Of a DNA stretch of 64,000 nt, positions 61,963 to 64,000 are shown one piece after another. Each line of letters opens with the position of its first letter. Positions within the stretch are counted from its first letter, which is position 1. The translations under genes and the position numbers were made by a program. Below the pieces are notes generated by a model that saw only the letters and a program-made list of their open reading frames with translations, was not told the origin of the DNA and did no database searches. Source of the DNA: Bacteroidales bacterium (GTDB lineage Bacteria; Bacteroidota; Bacteroidia; Bacteroidales; UBA932); assembly GCA_017454905.1 (NCBI GenBank), contig JAFTCB010000047.1, positions 15,030-79,029 on the forward strand, written 5' to 3'.

Positions 61963-62853
61963 ATGAAACGGCTTTTCTTCCTTTTCTGTGCCATGCTTCT
62001 CGCCGCACAAGGATTGAGCGCCCAGACGATGCCGCTGCTCTATGCTCCGGCCGATGCCCGCTCCGCCTCACTGGGCGGCACCGGGGTTGCCCTGGAAGCC
62101 GATGCTTGGGCGATGGAAAACAATTTCGCCCAGGCGGTCATCTCCACCCGCCATTTCTCCATCGGGGCTGCCTACGACCGCTGGGCCCCGCAGCCTGCGG
62201 CGGACAACCGCTTCGCGGCAGGCGGATGGTACTCCTACAACCGTTTCGCCTTCGGCCTCTCTGCAAAAGGCAGTTTCGCCCCTGCCTATGAGGCCGTCTC
62301 CCCGGGAGGCGCCACGCTCGATCCCTTCCAGCCATCCGACCTGAGCGCCGCGCTGGGCCTCGCCTGGAGCCCGATGCCCGGATTCGCCCTGTCCGCTGCG
62401 GCCAGGCTGGTATCTTCTTCACTGGCACTGGAAGCCCGGGCGACAGGCGTCTGTGCGGACCTGGGCCTCGCTTATTCTTCGACGCTTTTCCGCGTCGGCC
62501 TGTCCGTCGCCAACCTCGGCGGCCGTCTCCGTTTCGGCAACACGGAAGCACCCCTCCCCACCCGGATCCGGGGCGGCGGCACGCTGCTGCTCAACTGCCT
62601 CTCATTCACGGTGGAAGCGGATTATCTGTCCGGAGCAGGCCTGATGGCGGGCACAGGTATCGAATTCCGGCCGGTCTCGATCCTGGCCCTGCGGGCCGGA
62701 TACCACTATGGCCCGGCGGACAAAGGAGTCCCCTCCTTCGGCTCCTGCGGCCTCGGCCTTCTGTACAAGGGCCTGGGCCTGGACGTGGCATTCCTGTTCG
62801 CCTCTCCGACGATCGGAGGGTCGCTCTGCGCAGGACTGTCGTACTCTTTCTAG
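61963..62853 (+). CDS. PorV-family outer-membrane beta-barrel protein
   Basis: Signal peptide; DARSASLGG.GVA..ADA.A...N.A, G...DLG, GLS..NLG, LP...R.G, LRAGYHYG; C-terminal YSF. Confidence 0.8.
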   Translation: MKRLFFLFCAMLLAAQGLSAQTMPLLYAPADARSASLGGTGVALEADAWAMENNFAQAVISTRHFSIGAAYDRWAPQPAADNRFAAGGWYSYNRFAFGLSAKGSFAPAYEAVSPGGATLDPFQPSDLSAALGLAWSPMPGFALSAAARLVSSSLALEARATGVCADLGLAYSSTLFRVGLSVANLGGRLRFGNTEAPLPTRIRGGGTLLLNCLSFTVEADYLSGAGLMAGTGIEFRPVSILALRAGYHYGPADKGVPSFGSCGLGLLYKGLGLDVAFLFASPTIGGSLCAGLSYSF

Positions 62854-62863
62854 AGAAAACGGA

Positions 62864-63811
62864 CTATTCCGCAGCGCCGCCGAGCAGATCCAGGATCTCG
62901 GCGGTGATCTTCTGCTGACGCCCCTTGTTGTACTCGAGGGTAAGCTCGCCGAGGAGGTCTTCGGCGTTGTCCGTGGCCGTCTGCATCGCAATGGTACGGG
63001 CCGCCTGCTCCGCCGCGGCGGAATCCAGGATGGCGGCATGGAACTTCAGCATCTGCACCTGCGGCAGCAGCTGGGCGGCCAGCGCCTGAGCATCCGGCTC
63101 CAGAATATACGGGAGCATTCCCCCCTCTGCGTATTTGTCCTCCGGCAGAACACCCGGGGCCGGCCGGTCGTCCGCAGATGCGGACTTCGCTGCACCCGAA
63201 CCATTGGCGAGCGGCAGGAACTGCTCCTCCACCGGCACCTGCGAGGAGGTGGACACGAAATGATTATAGACGAGAACCACGCGGGAGAACTCCCCTTCCT
63301 CGAAACGGCGGGCCAGTTCGCGGGCCAGGGTGGCGGATTTCTCGTAGGATGGATGGCCGATCAGGTCATTCAGGTCGCGGTCGGCCGTGTAACCGGCACG
63401 CCGCAGGGCTTCGGTCATCTTGCGCCCGACCGGGAAGACCTCGACCTCTCCCCCGCAGGAACGGATGGTCTCCAGCGCCTTGCGCACTACATTGGCATTG
63501 AAGCCGCCGCACAGCGAACTGTTCGAAGAAACCGCCACAATCGCCGTCTTGCCGTGTGGAGCCCCTGCGGCGTGCGCAGGCGTTACGAAGTCGGAAAGGG
63601 ACTTGAGGGCCGCAGGGGGTTCGGGGGATATGCCCCCGTATTGGACCGCAACGAGAATGTCCGTCAGGGCATTCTCGTAAGGTCTCATACCTTCGATAGC
63701 CTTCTGCGCCTTGCGCAGCTTGGCAGAAGCCACGAGCTTCATCGCCGAAGTGATCTTCAGCGTACTGCGGACCGAACCGATCCGGTCTTTGATCTCCCGA
63801 AGTGAAGCCAC
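62864..63811 (-). CDS. atpG: ATP synthase F1 gamma subunit
   Basis: ASLREIK.RI.SV.ST.KIT.AMK.VA.AKL, LCGGFN, Y..EP, E.AAR..AM..ATDNA, YNK.RQ..IT.EI. Confidence 0.96.
   Translation of the reverse strand: MASLREIKDRIGSVRSTLKITSAMKLVASAKLRKAQKAIEGMRPYENALTDILVAVQYGGISPEPPAALKSLSDFVTPAHAAGAPHGKTAIVAVSSNSSLCGGFNANVVRKALETIRSCGGEVEVFPVGRKMTEALRRAGYTADRDLNDLIGHPSYEKSATLARELARRFEEGEFSRVVLVYNHFVSTSSQVPVEEQFLPLANGSGAAKSASADDRPAPGVLPEDKYAEGGMLPYILEPDAQALAAQLLPQVQMLKFHAAILDSAAAEQAARTIAMQTATDNAEDLLGELTLEYNKGRQQKITAEILDLLGGAAE
63558..63640 (-). repeat. G-run/C-run palindromic element, in frame within atpG
   Basis: Coding strand TACGGGGGCATATCCCCCGAACCCCCTGCGG...AAGTC..GACTT...CCGCAGGGG; 5' 28 nt match the rdgB motif. 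Confidence 0.72.
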
Positions 63812-63822
63812 GTCCTGTCCCC

Positions 63823-64000
63823 TTATGCTTTACTCGTCAACAGGCGGCACAGGTCAGCCGCTTCCTGCTCGATCACTTCCGGGGCCCCATCCGGCATCTT
63901 GCCGCGGCCCAGTTCATCCAGGATATCCTGGTGCGAGCCGCGCATCCGGTCCAGGAAAAGACTCTGGAACTCGATGACCTGGCCGATCTGCAGATCCGCC
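63823..64000 (-). CDS. atpA: ATP synthase F1 alpha subunit, 3' end (partial)
   Basis: ADLQIGQVIEFQSLFLDRMRGSHQDILDELGRGKMPDGAPEVIEQEAADLCRLLTSKA*, directly upstream of atpG. Confidence 0.8.
   Translation of the reverse strand, partial: ADLQIGQVIEFQSLFLDRMRGSHQDILDELGRGKMPDGAPEVIEQEAADLCRLLTSKA

Overview
GC-rich Bacteroidales chromosome segment (TAnnTTTG -7 promoter boxes, SusC/SusD pairs, BACON lipoproteins, PorV-like barrel). It carries sulfur/methionine genes (cysE, metF-metH, and metK behind a SAM-II riboswitch), housekeeping genes (xth, cysS, ogt, rsgA, polyprenyl synthase, rdgB, rnr, gpmI, smpB, miaA, atpG/atpA), GH31 and GH2 glycosidases and a purine-salvage operon (apt, putative nucleoside channel, NCS2 permease). 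Notable structure: (1) a RAYT-type HUH transposase with three copies of a 90-bp four-arm palindromic element, two of them bracketing the transposase plus a hydrolase as inverted repeats; (2) two other palindromic repeat families sitting in frame inside metH (twice), rdgB and atpG; (3) a SusD-less TonB-dependent receptor locus with an OB-fold lipoprotein and two secreted nucleases, a probable nucleic-acid utilisation locus; (4) two divergent, otherwise dissimilar susC genes whose leaders and first codons form a 74-bp inverted repeat, followed by a protease cluster (S41, C10, S8) ending in a dedicated PorV paralogue; (5) a MiaA apparently lacking its central tRNA-binding insertion. No rRNA, tRNA or CRISPR array was recognised. 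All family assignments come from motif recognition by eye, not database searches.
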